From Eledone cirrhosa (taxonomy: Eukaryota): a stretch of DNA of 64,000 bases. The position numbers and the translations under genes were made by a program. This document shows positions 27,327-40,218 of this stretch, piece by piece; the first letter of the stretch is position 1, and the number at the start of each line of letters is the position of its first letter. The stretch is taken from contig OZ024746.1 of assembly GCA_964016885.1 (NCBI GenBank), forward strand, positions 19,158,001-19,222,000, given 5' to 3'. The notes beneath the pieces are model-generated. The model was not told the DNA's origin. It worked only from the letters and a program-made list of their open reading frames with translations, and ran no database searches.

Positions 27327-27381
27327 ACTGCTATATATATTTCGGTGACAGCTATTATTGGCAGTGACCTCTTCAGGCAGT
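27327..27381 (-). ncRNA. Minimal type-I hammerhead ribozyme (mirror copy)
   Basis: Same layout on the minus strand, with one extra stem II mismatch. Confidence 0.7.
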
Positions 27382-27562
27382 CCGAATTGGTGTAGAAAAG
27401 ACAGGTACACATGTTGTTGAAGTGTGTTTCACTCTGTCAATACATATGATTCCAGTTCCTCGGAGGACTAACAGCACACCCAGGAGCTGGACATATTGAT
27501 GTATTGACAGAGTGAAACACACTTCAACAACATGTGTACCTGTCTTTTCTAGACCAATTCAG

Positions 27563-27617
27563 ACTGCCTGAAGAGGTCACAGCCAATAATAGCTGTCACC
27601 GAAATATATATAGCAGT
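27563..27617 (+). ncRNA. Minimal type-I hammerhead ribozyme
   Basis: Stem I actgc/gcagt, CTGAAGA, stem II ggtcacagc/gctgtcacc, GAAA, palindromic tatata stem III, UA (NUH = AUA). Confidence 0.75.
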
Positions 27618-28824
27618 AAATTTATAATTTATAATAAACGAAGCAAAATTTTACATATTTGACTTATTTTATTTTATTATATATTTATTTATTTACCCTT
27701 GCTAGCAGGGAAAGTTAAATGATAATGGTGATTATGTGTGTGGTTTGTATTCTTTCTGGATTTGGATTATAAACCATGTTAATTCCAGAATCCATAAACT
27801 GTGTTAATTTTAGAACCTTGCTTTTAAAAGCTGTGTTGGGAATGGTGGTGGTGGGGCACTATATTTGCAAAACATCACATATAATTGTCATTATCTAAAA
27901 GATCTGAGTCTACAGTTGTTTCCTTCCCTATATGTTATAAAATATTGAGTAGGTAATATTTTGGTGACTTGTTTATATTTTACTATGAAACAAACAATTG
28001 ATTTAAAGTTTAAAAGAATATTTTTTTTAGTAAATATTTTTTGTTTTCTGTCCTTTACTTTCTACACCAAAATGTAAATATTTATTTTTGTTCCTATTTT
28101 GTATTTTGTCTGTTGAACAAATGCAAGTGATTCAGGCATTTCCTCTCTGTCTTTTATTCCAAAACATCCGTCGGAATGTTTTCATTTTATATTTGTTTGT
28201 TTATTCACCCCTTTTTTAAAAACTATATTGTTACTGACAGAAACAACTGCTAGCAATTTCTTTTAAGAAAAACCAATTCCTATGAGTGTTGAAAGCTTTG
28301 GGGTTCTTAGCTCACCCACCAACTCTAGCACCGCCCCCTTTTTAAGAACAACAATAGAAAAAAATAAATAAATAAAAGCAGATCGACTTGGAATGCTAAC
28401 AGGGATTTTCCTGAATATGCTTGCACAATGAACAAAAATATCTGATATAAAATTGGTAATAGAGAGGAATCTGTCATTTTGAGTATGAAATTTTGATTGT
28501 CACTCAATTGTAGGACTTGGTTCTTTTGTTATTTTTGTGTTTGCTTGTTTGTATATTTATTTGTTTCCCCCACTCTTTCACATCAACTTCCTGCTGCTCA
28601 TTCCTTGTTTCACTTGTATTAAGCTATTTCTATCTTACAGTCTGTCTTTTTCTCCTGTTAAGCCTGACTCATTTTGTCCTAAAGATGATGTATTAATAAA
28701 CTTGAAAAATTTTCTGACTAAGTCACTGGGGTTTCTTTTTTCTCGTCACTTCTAATTCTGAAGTAAAAAATATATAAAGTAAAAGAAAAAAGCAAAATGA
28801 AAATGACTTCTAACATTTTCCAGC

Positions 28825-28990
28825 TTTATGAGGTGGAGTGGCTGTTGCAGCGGGTGTCTCTGGCTATTCTCCACGGTAATGCCTTTGCCATTTTGTCTGC
28901 AGTGTGCACAGACTAGGGTGTAGTGTCTGTCCCTCTCCCTTTCTTTCGTTGCTTGATTCTTTTTTTATTTTTCTTCTTTTCATTTCCTTT
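28825..28990 (+). mobile_element. CRE-clade retrotransposon 3' end
   Basis: EWLLQRVSLAILHGNAFAILSA; similar to 39290-39440. Confidence 0.6.
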
Positions 28991-29736
28991 TTTTTTATTC
29001 CCTTTAATAGTGTGTTGGTGATAGGAAGGGCATCGAACTGTAGAAATCTTGTAAAACAAAGGGTTGGGAGCACCTTCAGTTGAGCAAAAGACATGACAAC
29101 CTTTCCTGTGCACTTAGAACATGAGACCATACATAAGCGAGAAGCAAATATCTGGCCTATCTGGGAGGTCAGTAGCTCCAGTGCTGACTTGCCTGCAGGG
29201 AAAACAGGTGTTAAAATGATGATGTTAAGGAGGAGGATATGTGTGTGTGTGTGTGTGTATCAATCATCATTGTTTAACGTCCATTTTCCATGCTTGCTTG
29301 TATATATATATATATATCACATCTAAAAGAGCCAGGATTTTAAATTAATTTTTAAAATAATCAAACGTTATTTCATCACTGGATGTACCATTTTTCCAGC
29401 TTCTTCCTTTTATATTTGTTTGTTGAATAGATTGTGCTTATATATGAACTGATCAAAATTACATTCTGGTTTTATGTTAAGTCTTTTGGATTTTTTTTTT
29501 TTACTCTCCTCTCATTTGTTTGTTAATGTGATAACTTATTGAAATTATCCTGTCTTTATGAGTAATGAAATATACGAAATATTGTTCAAAGTATATTGAT
29601 TGTTCATATGGTAATGTTAATTGTACTTTTCTGGAGTCATTTTTTAAATTTATTATTCTAGTCCTTCAACTTCAAATGATGTTGTCGTTGTCAGTGTTGT
29701 TGTTGTTGTTATCATTAAAAGAGCTGAAGAAATAAT

Positions 29737-29938
29737 GGTTTCTGATTGAGGCACAAGGCCAACAATTTTAGGGGGAGAGGAAAATCAATTAAATTGGCCC
29801 CTGTGTGTTACTGACACTTTATTTTATTAATCCCGTAAGGATGAAAAGTAAAGCTAACCTCAGCAGGATTTGAAATCAGAATGGCACAAAGCATGGTATC
29901 CGATGCTCTACCGATACTGCTAATCCACCACCCTTCAG
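29737..29938 (-). mobile_element. Family-B SINE
   Basis: Deu/Nin-type core; TSD gagctgaagaaataat on both sides. Confidence 0.78.
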
Positions 29939-31058
29939 GAGCTGAAGAAATAATAATCATAATACAGATAGAAAGTTGACAACACAACTAAACAGAAACA
30001 ACGTCAAACATTCCCAAACCTTTTTATCTACACTCCATCCTTTTGAAGTTAGAATAATAATTTCTGATGCTGAAATTATTGAGGATTACTAGAATTTTAA
30101 TGTTTCTATTTTCTTCTTGTCATATGTTATAGGATTCATTGTTTATTGTGACATGGATTTCTTTTAAAAATGAAAACAATTTCTGGAAATCTTTTCTGGC
30201 ACCATTTTCTGTGATTATTTTACAATTAGCATACATAATCCTTTGAAAATTGACAGGGTATATTTAAGTATATAATATTGTATGTGAAAGAATAAGTGAG
30301 ATAAAAGACTGTGTGATATTGACTTCATCATCATAACCATTTAATGTCTATTTTTTTCCACACTTGCATGGATTAGACGGGTCGTCCCCGTTATGAGACA
30401 AGTCTCGCCAGTTGGCCACGCTGTACCTTGCTCAAACGGAGCTATAGTTTGGCTGGGGATTTTTTTTTTACAGCTGGATGCCCTTCCTAATACCAATCAC
30501 ATTTACAGTGTGAAACTGGGTGGTCCCATTATGAGGAGTGTCTGGCCAGTTGGCCACACCATACCTGCTCATAACTGAATATCTATAGAAATATAGATAG
30601 GGGTAAGCTGATAGTAGAATTAAGAGTAATCATGGGAGTGAGGAGGTAGGGGGGGGGGGCATACTGTCATGCGGGTGCAAGGTTAGTCACTAATTACTTT
30701 TTCACTCATGCTCTGCCTGTCTGCCTGCCATTACAATTTTAGCAGTAATCAGTTGTCAATCTTTGTTCAAGGATCAACTTCTAAAATACAGTACTGGAAT
30801 GATTATCAATTTCACTTTATCACCAGATTTGTTAGTACAACTAGTGTGTGAGAGAGAAAGAGAGAGAGAGAGATCTTCACTCAGTGAAAGAACCAACAAA
30901 AAAAAGTGACATAAGCTTATATATATATAATCATCATCACCGTTTAACGTCCATTTTTTCATGTTTGCATGGGTTGGCCATGTCATACCTTGCTCTGACC
31001 GGGGTTTTTACAGCTGAATGCCCTTCCTAACATGAACCACATTTACAGTGTGTGTGTG

Positions 31059-31097
<39 letters not shown>

Positions 31098-32094
31098 ACA
31101 TATAAGCGAATTCCCAAGCAACTGTTCTATGGTAAGCTTATGTTGGGAAAGAGGAAAGCCAAAGAAAAGATATAGACTTTAAAATCAAATTTGAAATATC
31201 TTCAAATATGTTACAAAAGCCTGGAATCACTTGCGGCAGATAAAGTCTGATAGAGTTAAGCATGTTGAAATAAAAAGAAAAGTATGTAAAATTGAGATTA
31301 ATAGCAATAATGTTGGGAGTGATTCTCATTCTTTCTTTAAATGTTCTTTATGCACAAATGTATATATATGTTAAGCTGGTCTGAGATCACACCAACATGG
31401 CCATGTAGGTAAGACACATGGATTATTGGAATTTTATTCCAGATAAACAGTTTCAATGCCATGATTGTCAAAAGACCTGAAAGTCATGTGGAAGATTGAA
31501 ATGGCACTTTAATATTCACAATAAACAAACAGAAAATGGAACCAATGCTGGAGTATTTGTGGTCGGCTCTTCAAACCTCTTTCAGGACTCCAAAGTCATT
31601 TAAGATCTCATACTACAAAAGAGCAATTGTAGGTGTAAGAGGAGTTTAAGCTGTATGTATATATATGTGTGTGTATGTATATCTGTGTGTGTGTGTATAT
31701 ATGTGTGTGTGTATACATGTGTGTGTGTGTGGTTGATACAAACTGCTAAACTACAGTCATGTTTTTCCTAATTATGTCATTATTTTTCCTAATTATGTCA
31801 TTTTTCACTCTGAATTTATCTTTATTTATTATTTTAATATAATTGGAATAAAATAAACATTGGTAGTCCCATTAGTATACTAATCAGATAGAGATATACA
31901 TGTTCTAAAAAAAGCCATTACATACTAGTGAATGTCAACTATGTATTTCAGTAAGCTAATACTAAAAGATGCCTATTTAACCTCTTATTTTTTTTCTCCT
32001 AATGTTGTTCTTTTGAGAGTCTAAATTAATTTTTCTGATTCAATTCCACTTTTTACACATATTTCCTCGATTATTTCTAACTTTTAAAGCAAAG

Positions 32095-32725
32095 ATTGGT
32101 GTCACAATAAAAAGCACCCAGTCCATGCTGTAAAGTAGTTGTTTTAGTGCCACAATAAAAAGCATCCAGTCCGTGCTGTAAAGTGGTCGTTTTAGTGCCA
32201 CAATAAAAAGCACCCAGTCCGTGCTGTAAAGTGGTCGTTTTAGTGCCACAATAAAAAGCACCCAGTCCACCCTGTAAAGTGGTCGTTTTAGTGCCACAAT
32301 AAAAAGCATCTAGTCCACCCTGTAAAGTGGTCGTTTTGGTGCAACAATAAAAAGTCCTCAGTCCTCTCTCTAAAGTGGTCATGCTGGTGCTACAACAAAA
32401 TGCACCCTGTCTCAAATGTCAGTTGGTCGTTTTGGTGACATGACAAAAAGCATCCAGTCCACTCTGAAAAGTTGTCATTTTGGTGCCATGATAAAAAGTG
32501 CCCAGTCCTCCCTATAATGTCATGTTGGTGCCAGGACAAAAAGCACCCAGTCCACACTGAAAATGTGGTTAACATTAGGAAGGGCATCAAGCCATAGAAA
32601 CCAAGTCAGAAACAGTTTGTATGAACAAGACACAGTCATCTGATCTGGCTCTTCTCACAATGTGACAACTTGCCTAACCCATTCTAGCATGGGAAAATGG
32701 ACATTAAATGATGATGATGATGATG
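32095..32725 (+). repeat. About 10 x 48-bp minisatellite grown from a SINE module, followed by the SINE 3' end
   Basis: Unit taaagtggtcgttttagtgccacaataaaaagcacccagtccgtgctg; ends in aggaagggcatc...ggacattaaatgatgatg. Confidence 0.85.
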
Positions 32726-33249
32726 AAAGCTTATCCTTTTTTAGAAAGCGCCAGAGTAGATCTAAATGTTTTCTACTCAACAACTTTAAATGAATACATG
32801 AATAGTTTTTTAATCGCCAATGTTGCCATTTATCATTTATTTGTCCATGCTGGAGTAAGGTGGACAGATCTGCAATACAAAAACTCAAAAAGCCAGTACA
32901 ATGCAGTAGAAATATATAAATGGCAAGAGATGACAAATAAAACAAAACAAAGTAATATTTTAACATATTTCAGGGCTATATCCCCCTTTTCAAATGTAAA
33001 AACGAAAGCAGTTTAAAACAAGGCAAATGATCAATGTCTTCTTCCCTAACTTTACATTTTATGCTAACAAGGATGGCCAGTTGTCAAAACACTTTCTCCA
33101 ACAGCATGCAAATATTTAAATCTGCTATTTAACCCCTTTCGTTACCATATTTTTAATGAAATAGAGTTCTCCTCTGAGGTGTATATTCCTCAGTTATATA
33201 TAAACTTGTGGGAGTGATTGTTTTATACTCCTTTAATAAGTGTTTTAAG

Positions 33250-33286
<37 letters not shown>

Positions 33287-33287
<1 letters not shown>

Positions 33288-34177
33288 GAGGTGGGTCAGA
33301 AAAGCTCCAGGACTGATGTCACAAAAGATTTATTTCAAACCCAAACTTCACACTAAGAGTTTTCTCCTCCAAAGTAATCCCCCTGGAGTCTAATGCACTT
33401 TTCCATTCTTTTCTGCAACGCTTGCATGCACTCCTGGAAGGATTCTTCCGGGATCCTCCACAGTTCCGTCGTCATGGCCTTTTTGATGTCGTCCACGTCT
33501 TCAAAACGGGTCCCCCCCGGGTCGTGCTCGAAGATCCATGACTAATCACTGGTGATGTCTGTCCCTAGCAAGTCCGGTTCGGTTTCAAGACGCTCGAGGA
33601 TGTCCTGGCACACTTGCATGCGTCGACCCTTCTGGTCATCGTTCAGCAGTTTTGGCACCATCTTCGCGCAGACTTTCTGCATGTCCAAATCTTCAGTGAG
33701 AATCTTCCAGACGCTGTCCCGATTCATGCCCAGTTCATTTGCCATCAGTCGAACAGTCAGCCGACGATCGCTACGTACCATCTGCCTGACGCGCTCAACG
33801 TTGACCTCAGTCCTGGTTGTTGAGGGCCTTCCGCTCCTGGGGTCATCTTCCACGTCCTCGCGTCCTTCTTTAAACCTCTTGCACCACTCAAAAACACGTG
33901 AGCGTGACATCGTCTCATCCCCATACACTTGCTGCAGCAATCCCAGTGCTTCTGACGGAGTTTTCAAGTTCGTTGCTCTGTGCTCATTGCTTGACGACCT
34001 GAAACAGAGGACATGTATATAAAATTATGAAGAAAAAAGTTTGATCGCTGCAGAGAGCTAAGATTACAGTTACATACTACAGGGGGATTACTTTGAAGGG
34101 GAAAACTCTTAGTGTGAAGTTTGGGTTTGAAATAAATCTTTTGTGACATCAGTCCTGGAACTTTTCTGACACACCTC

Positions 34178-34178
<1 letters not shown>
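33287..34178 (-). mobile_element. Internally deleted mariner transposon, 892 bp, with TIRs of about 100 bp, inserted in a (TA)n tract
   Basis: TIRs cgaggtg(g/t)gtcagaaaag...aatccccctg. Transposase HTH region KTPSEAL...RSGRP...AKMVPKLL...TSD*SWIFEHDP is fused directly to C-terminal GTRFEDVDDIK...CIRLQGDYFGGENS. Confidence 0.93.
33542..33990 (-). pseudogene. mariner transposase remnant (DNA-binding domain; catalytic core deleted)
   Basis: ORF 33542..33967; N-terminus disrupted after MSTEQRT; stop at the first catalytic motif (D*SW). Confidence 0.85.
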
Positions 34179-34214
<36 letters not shown>

Positions 34215-34259
34215 TACACACATACTAAAACCCAAAGAGCCAAAGAGGACTTGATAAGG

Positions 34260-34307
<48 letters not shown>

Positions 34308-34675
34308 TAGTAGGGAAATGGGCATTGCATGATGATGGTACACTGGTACACACATTGGTTACTGTAAATGACTTAAGTTTCATTCTCTCCATGTATTTTA
34401 AGTAGCTACTAAGTGATACCATCTGTTCATTTTAAGGTTATTATTGGTGTCTGGATTGTTTAGAAAACTGCAGCCCCAATTTACTATGCATCTCTTCTTG
34501 TTGTGTGTGTACCCTAGATTTTCTAACAGAATCTTTCTCCTTTCTGTATGATTATTCATAACAACAACAATGATGATGATGATGATGATTAGAGCATTTT
34601 TTTATATTTATTAAATTGACATATCCATATATACTTTTGAATGTTTATTAAATTGTCATATACGTATTCTTTCTT

Positions 34676-34723
<48 letters not shown>

Positions 34724-34878
34724 CAGAATGGTTGTAGTAAAAACCAGTTAGACCATTACTCACCAGAGTACTTGATACTTGGGATAGTAGAGTGGGTGAT
34801 ATGAAAAATTTGGGACCCCAAACAGCTGAGCTCCTGCTGTAATGGCAGGAGCTCAGCTGTCAGTGTCCTGAATTTTTC

Positions 34879-34911
<33 letters not shown>

Positions 34912-35967
34912 AAAAATAGTTAAGACAGATGTTAAGTTTACATAATTGCACCTGTTTATCTTTGTGATGTTGCAATATAACTTTCACAGATAGGCACCCT
35001 AATAGTTAGCAACTATATATGTGTGGGTGGGTGTATGCATCAAGTGTTTTAAGGCCATTTTCCTCTGTTAAAGCAGGAGTTAGTCTTGTGGGTCCCAGGA
35101 AAGGCTTCAAGTTCCTGATGTGGTTCTTTTTGAAGAAATGTTTTATAGACAGATGTCCTTCATGTCACTAACCCATGCAGAAATATTGTGTACCAATTAT
35201 AAACTTACATTATTCTGATCCTCAAAGGTATTGACTCAATCAAAGCACTTATATTGAGTTCACAGACCTGAGGAGCAGATCAATCGATGCTGGTGTCGGG
35301 TCTAAAACATCGATGAAGATTTAGAGCCAATCGTTTGTGAAACATATGTAATGGTCAATATACATTAAAACCATTTTAAAGGGAAACTTTGTTATTTCAT
35401 ATATATATATATATATATATATGTGTGGGTGTGGTGGTTGTCTTCTTTTTATTGTGTATCATCATTGCATTACTGAGCACAGTTGTGTGTGTTAAGAAAC
35501 GTAGTTGTTTCTATTGTATTGAGAGTGCTCTATATAATGGGTACAGTGCCTAGTACTGCTATTTTCTCTATGCTGCATATATATATGTAAGTCCTGGGGA
35601 TTGGGTTAAATATCTGTTTTTATCAACCTCATTTGGGTTATTTTTATCTTCAGATTATTATATTTGGATATTTTCTCCATTCCCTTGATCTATCATCTGT
35701 GGTGATATATACATCAATTAGAAGACATTTCTTTTTCTTTGCTGCTTTTGACTATAATGTTTTTGATTTAGGCACAAGGACAACAGTTTTGAGGAGAGGA
35801 GAAAGTCGATTAAATCTACTCCAGTATTACTGGTACTTTATTTTATCGACCCCTTGAATGAAAGGCAAAGCTAGCCTCGGCAGGTTTTGAACTCAGAATA
35901 TAAAGGGACGAAACTATATGCCGCAAAGCATGTTGCTTGATGCTCTACTGATACTGCCAATCCACCC

Positions 35968-36320
35968 GATCCAGTTGGTTGGCTTTGATCTCCTTATCTG
36001 TGTGTATTGGCATATCCCAGAGTATGGCTACTTTGTAATTCTCTAACATCTTTTCTGGGGTATGTCTGTACCATCTTTTTTGTTGGTGGTTTGTAGTGTT
36101 GGTATAACTTCCAATGTATGTAAATCCCAACTCTATCATGTCTGAATATATTTGTCTTTGGCTAAATCTGGGCAACCAGAGATAATGTGGTTAGTTGTTT
36201 CTTCCTCACTACTATATATTCTGCAGTCTAGTGCTTCTTAGCCAATTTTTTGAAATTTGCTTACCCATTTCCTTCCTATTTAGCCTTTTCAGGTATTTGG
36301 CCATGTAAAGATTGCGTTTG
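35968..36320 (-). mobile_element. R4/Dong-like RLE LINE fragment (zinc knuckle to RLE start)
   Basis: CRI..EEETTNHIISGCP...RHDRVG.YIHW...WYRHTPEKMLEN.KVAILWDMPIHTDKEIKAN. Confidence 0.75.
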
Positions 36321-36689
36321 TTTACATTCACAATCTTTCACTTCAATATGTTATTTAATATTGAGAGGTATCTGTTTAGGTGTAACCTAAGTGTTCCTAA
36401 ACACATTTTATATATGTATATACACACGTTTTACATCCTCTTTTCTATATGGAACTAAGAATAAATAAAACAAATTAGGGTTACAAAATTAGAAACACAT
36501 AATGCACAGACTGCTATCATTGACTTATTTCTTCTCCCATATCCTATTTCCACTGTTATCATCATATTAACCCAACAGGTTTCCACTCTGGTATCTTAAA
36601 TTTTCTGTAATGTATACTCGTATATAAATTATTCTAAATTTATTACCTCTATAATCAGTTGTTAATAGTTTTCCCAACTAACTGAACAC

Positions 36690-37030
36690 TTGCACCAGTT
36701 GCCGTCAAGACATCAGGCGTCCTCAGACCCTGTACAGTCGAGGTCCTCCATAAAATCAGAATGACAGCCGCTTATCTGAGGAGTGAGCCCTGTGATGACG
36801 AGTGGATATTGCAGTGGGTGTTGCTGGCGATCATCCATGGAAACTTCTTTGCAATTTTGTAGGTAGGGTGCAGCCGAAATACTGCTCCGACCTAGGTGTA
36901 GATTGTCACCCTCTCCCCTTCCTACTTTCTTTCTTCCATTGCCTAATAGTCCTTGCACTTTCCCTCGTTTTCCTCTCATGACATTTATAGTCCTTACCTT
37001 TACTTTCCTATACAGTTGGATCTGCCCTTC
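36690..37030 (+). mobile_element. CRE-clade retrotransposon 3' end
   Basis: TSGVLRP...EPCDDEWILQWVLLAIIHGNFFAIL. Confidence 0.6.
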
Positions 37031-37753
37031 TTCATCCCTTCCCCCTTTTTTCATTACTTAATTTTGTTTTTATACTTTTTTAAATATTTCCACCATTGTA
37101 TAACTTTTGTTCAATGAATAAAGATTTTCTACTTGAAACTGTCCCCTAATATGTAATAATAATTTCATATGTGTTACATAGTGTTTGTTGGATTCTACTA
37201 GTTTCATTATATGGTTAGATGAGAAGAAAATCATTTATTCTTCCAGCTTGTCCAAACCCATCCTCTGTAAACTTATAAACTGAAAAATTTTTATAAATCT
37301 TGATTAGTGTTCTTAAGTAGCCAGGCCTCTAAATGAAGATCAACTTAAAAAAACAAAACCAAAAAAAAAAACACATTTTGGTTAAGAGCACTATTGTACT
37401 TCTCTTTACTAACTATGCATTAGTAATGCCTGTCTTCTTTTTTGAGTTGGTAGGGTGTAGTGTGAGGAAGATTTGGCTGCTATTTCTAGCAGGTCGTTGT
37501 ACTCTTAGAGATAGAAGGAAGTATTTAAATGATGATTATTACTATTTATTCAGCCATCAGTTATTTTGGTTATTTTCATCTTAAAATAATGGTGTGTAGC
37601 TTAGTGGTTAGAGAATTGGATTCATAATCATGAGGTTGCGAGTTCGATTCCCAGTCTGGGTGATGTGTTATGTCCTTGAGTAAGACACTTTATTTCGCAT
37701 TGCTCTTTCTGACAGGAGTTGCAACCAGTAGATAGTATCATTATTACCAAGAC

Positions 37754-37934
37754 GGTGGATTGGCAGTATCGGTAGAGGGTTGGACGCCATGCTTTGACGC
37801 ATAGTTACGGTCCTTGCCATTCTGAGTTCAAATCCCGCCGAGGTTAACTTTGCCTTTCATCCTTACGGGGTCGATAAAATAAAGTACCAGTAATGCACTG
37901 GGTATTTGCTGGCCTTGTGCCAAAAGTAGAAACA
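37754..37934 (+). mobile_element. Family-B SINE (similar copies at 23555-23740, 35755-35966, 58318-58500 and 63610-63795)
   Basis: tRNA-like head, gagttcaaatccc B box, gcctttcatccttacggggtcgataaaataaagtaccag; 14-bp TSD attattaccaagac. Confidence 0.85.
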
Positions 37935-38909
37935 ATTATTACCAAGACCCTCCTTAAGGAGTTCAATTTGATTCTGAATGTTATCCCATGTATTGTATAT
38001 TAACCATTATTTTACAATATTTATTAACTTCTCTCAGGAGATAAACCTGTTGTTAAAAGATAAAGAAATAGAAAGGAAAAAAAATCTAACAAAGAGTTAG
38101 TTCAAAATAAAGTACTGTGGCAGAAATATATTGCTAAAAGTGTCTGAAAGGAAGGCTGTCTACTGTGTTTCACCTATTATAAGACTTATACCCAAAATAA
38201 TCCCTTGCATGTGTTTTGTTGTTTCCCCTAATAAAGTCCTACCCCCAAAATAATCCTTAGTGTCGTTTTATGAGAAAAATTAATATAAAAAAATAATATA
38301 ATATACAGATTTCCAGTTTTGTTAATATAATAAATACTTTTAATGATATTGTTTTTAACTCTATAATATATCCTTTATTTTTTACATCAATATAATGATA
38401 CATTTATCAAAACTCTTGTGCTGTTGTTTTGCATAAAAATATATGCCATCTTGAAAATAAGCCCTAATGCTTTTTTTAAAGGGGAAATTAATATAAGACC
38501 TGTTTTATATTTGAGGGAAACATGGTTAGTTTGATTTCAAATATAACCAGTCTGCATTTAAAAAAATGAGTAATATTAATATTTTGTAGAGATGAAATAT
38601 ATATTAGTTGAAGTGAAGTTCTTTACCAGAGCCTTTCACTCATTGTTCTATGAAGAATTCTACTTGAAACATTAGGTATTAGTTTCTTACATACAACATA
38701 CTGGCATAATTGAGTTTCTTATTAAAGAAATTAGCATTGAATGAAGATGTGGGAAGGGAGAGAACTCTTATTTCTGCCGTTCACATTTACAATTGTTGCA
38801 TTTAATATTAATAAAGTTATTAATATATATTAGATTCACCCTATTTCATATCCAAATTATCATTTTTCTTTTTTCAACTATAGATCTGAAGTAACTAAAC
38901 ATTTCTAAA

Positions 38910-39112
38910 TACAGGGTGTCCCTAAAGTCTGGACACAGGCAAAATGCATATTTAAAATTTTTTAAATATTCAACATTTCATTTAATTGAAATATAAATAA
39001 ATAGAATCAATGTGATCTCCAACATTTGTAATACAAAGTTTGATGCACATTGTGAGATTCATGTGATCCCGGTGGATTAACTCAACATTTCTGAGTCTAA
39101 GGATACCCTGTA
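38910..39112. mobile_element. Tc1/mariner MITE (second copy at 43448-43640 in a GID8 intron)
   Basis: TA + cagggtgtccctaaagtctgga ... taaggataccctg + TA. Confidence 0.75.
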
Positions 39113-39179
39113 TATTCTAAAAAAATGTTTTTCTTCTGAATAACATCAAGAAATAGACTATTGAAAATGAAGTTTCAAA

Positions 39180-39480
39180 TAAATGCTGGGGCTTGTGTGG
39201 CCGCTTCCTTTTCATAGCTGCTGTCAAGACCACTGGTTTCCTTGGTTCCCACACTGTCGATTTCCTCTGCAAAATTGGAAAGACAGCAGCCCCATGAGGC
39301 TGGGTGGCTGTTGCAGTGGGTCATGCAAGCCATTTTCTGTGGTAATGCTTTTGTCATTCTGTCTGCAGGGCACAGCAGCATCACCACTCAGACAGACTGA
39401 GGTGTAGAGTCTGTCCTTCCCCCCTTCTCCTTCGTTGCTTCATTCTTTTAGTCTTTTCTCTTTTCCCTTTTCTTTTATTT
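39180..39480 (+). mobile_element. CRE-clade retrotransposon 3' end
   Basis: KTTGFLGSHTVDFLCKIGK...EAGWLLQWVMQAIFCGNAFVILSAG. Confidence 0.6.
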
Positions 39481-40218
39481 GTTTCATTTAAATATGATAA
39501 TTAATAAATATATTTGAAATTTCCCTGCCTACATTTAATTATTTATTTGTCTATTTTATTATACATTCTTTAAATATATTTAATTCTTATTGCTATAAGT
39601 AAAAACAACTAAACAAACTTTTAAAACAAAATGACAAGTGGTAGGGATTAGTGTATTTTGATGGATTAGTATTAGAAAAAAATGGTTTTCAAAATTTTTT
39701 TTTTCTTTTTCCTTTTTGTTTTGTAGGTTACATTCCATATTACACTGGAGACAGGAAACTTGATAGTTTAAATTGGTGGCATAGAACTACACATTCTTTG
39801 GAGAGAATCTGCTGTAAGTTTAACTTTAAGTTTGTTGGCTAAGCAAAGGGAATGTGTATGCCATTATAAACGATAATGCGTAAAATGATCAGAAAAAACA
39901 AGAACAGGCACATTAGTCATACTTAGTAATTAAGGGAAAGAGATAATTAAAAAATGAGGGGGAAAACATTCATGTTCTTCACCCTTACCATCATCATCAG
40001 ATGGGAAATATTCACCTCCAAAGTGAAACCAGTATAATATTCACCTCTAAAGCAAAAATATATTAGCATCTCATTTACATGGAATTTTGAAGTTGGTGAA
40101 AATTGGCAAAATATTGACCTCGAAAAGAAGCTGATGCCCCTGTTTTACTATCAATTTTTTGGGGGGTCACTTTTGTCCCATATTTCTCAGCTTATATATT
40201 GTATATCAGTATATATAG

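Larger units (their letters stand above)
27262..27676. repeat. Near-perfect palindrome of about 415 bp (probably Penelope-like derived)
   Basis: Arms 27262-27445 and 27499-27676 are reverse complements with few mismatches; pairing extends into the spacer (tccagttcct / aggagctgga). Confidence 0.92.

Noticed and set aside
28480-28510. miR-315-like sequence ttttgattgt
   Set aside because: Only the first 10 nt match and it sits in a loop rather than a precursor arm; no conserved miRNA was recognised in the window.
32095-32570. CRISPR-like array
   Set aside because: Contiguous 48-bp tandem units with no unique spacers, eukaryotic context, no cas genes.
33552-34022. 156-aa plus-strand ORF
   Set aside because: Antisense shadow of the mariner transposase.
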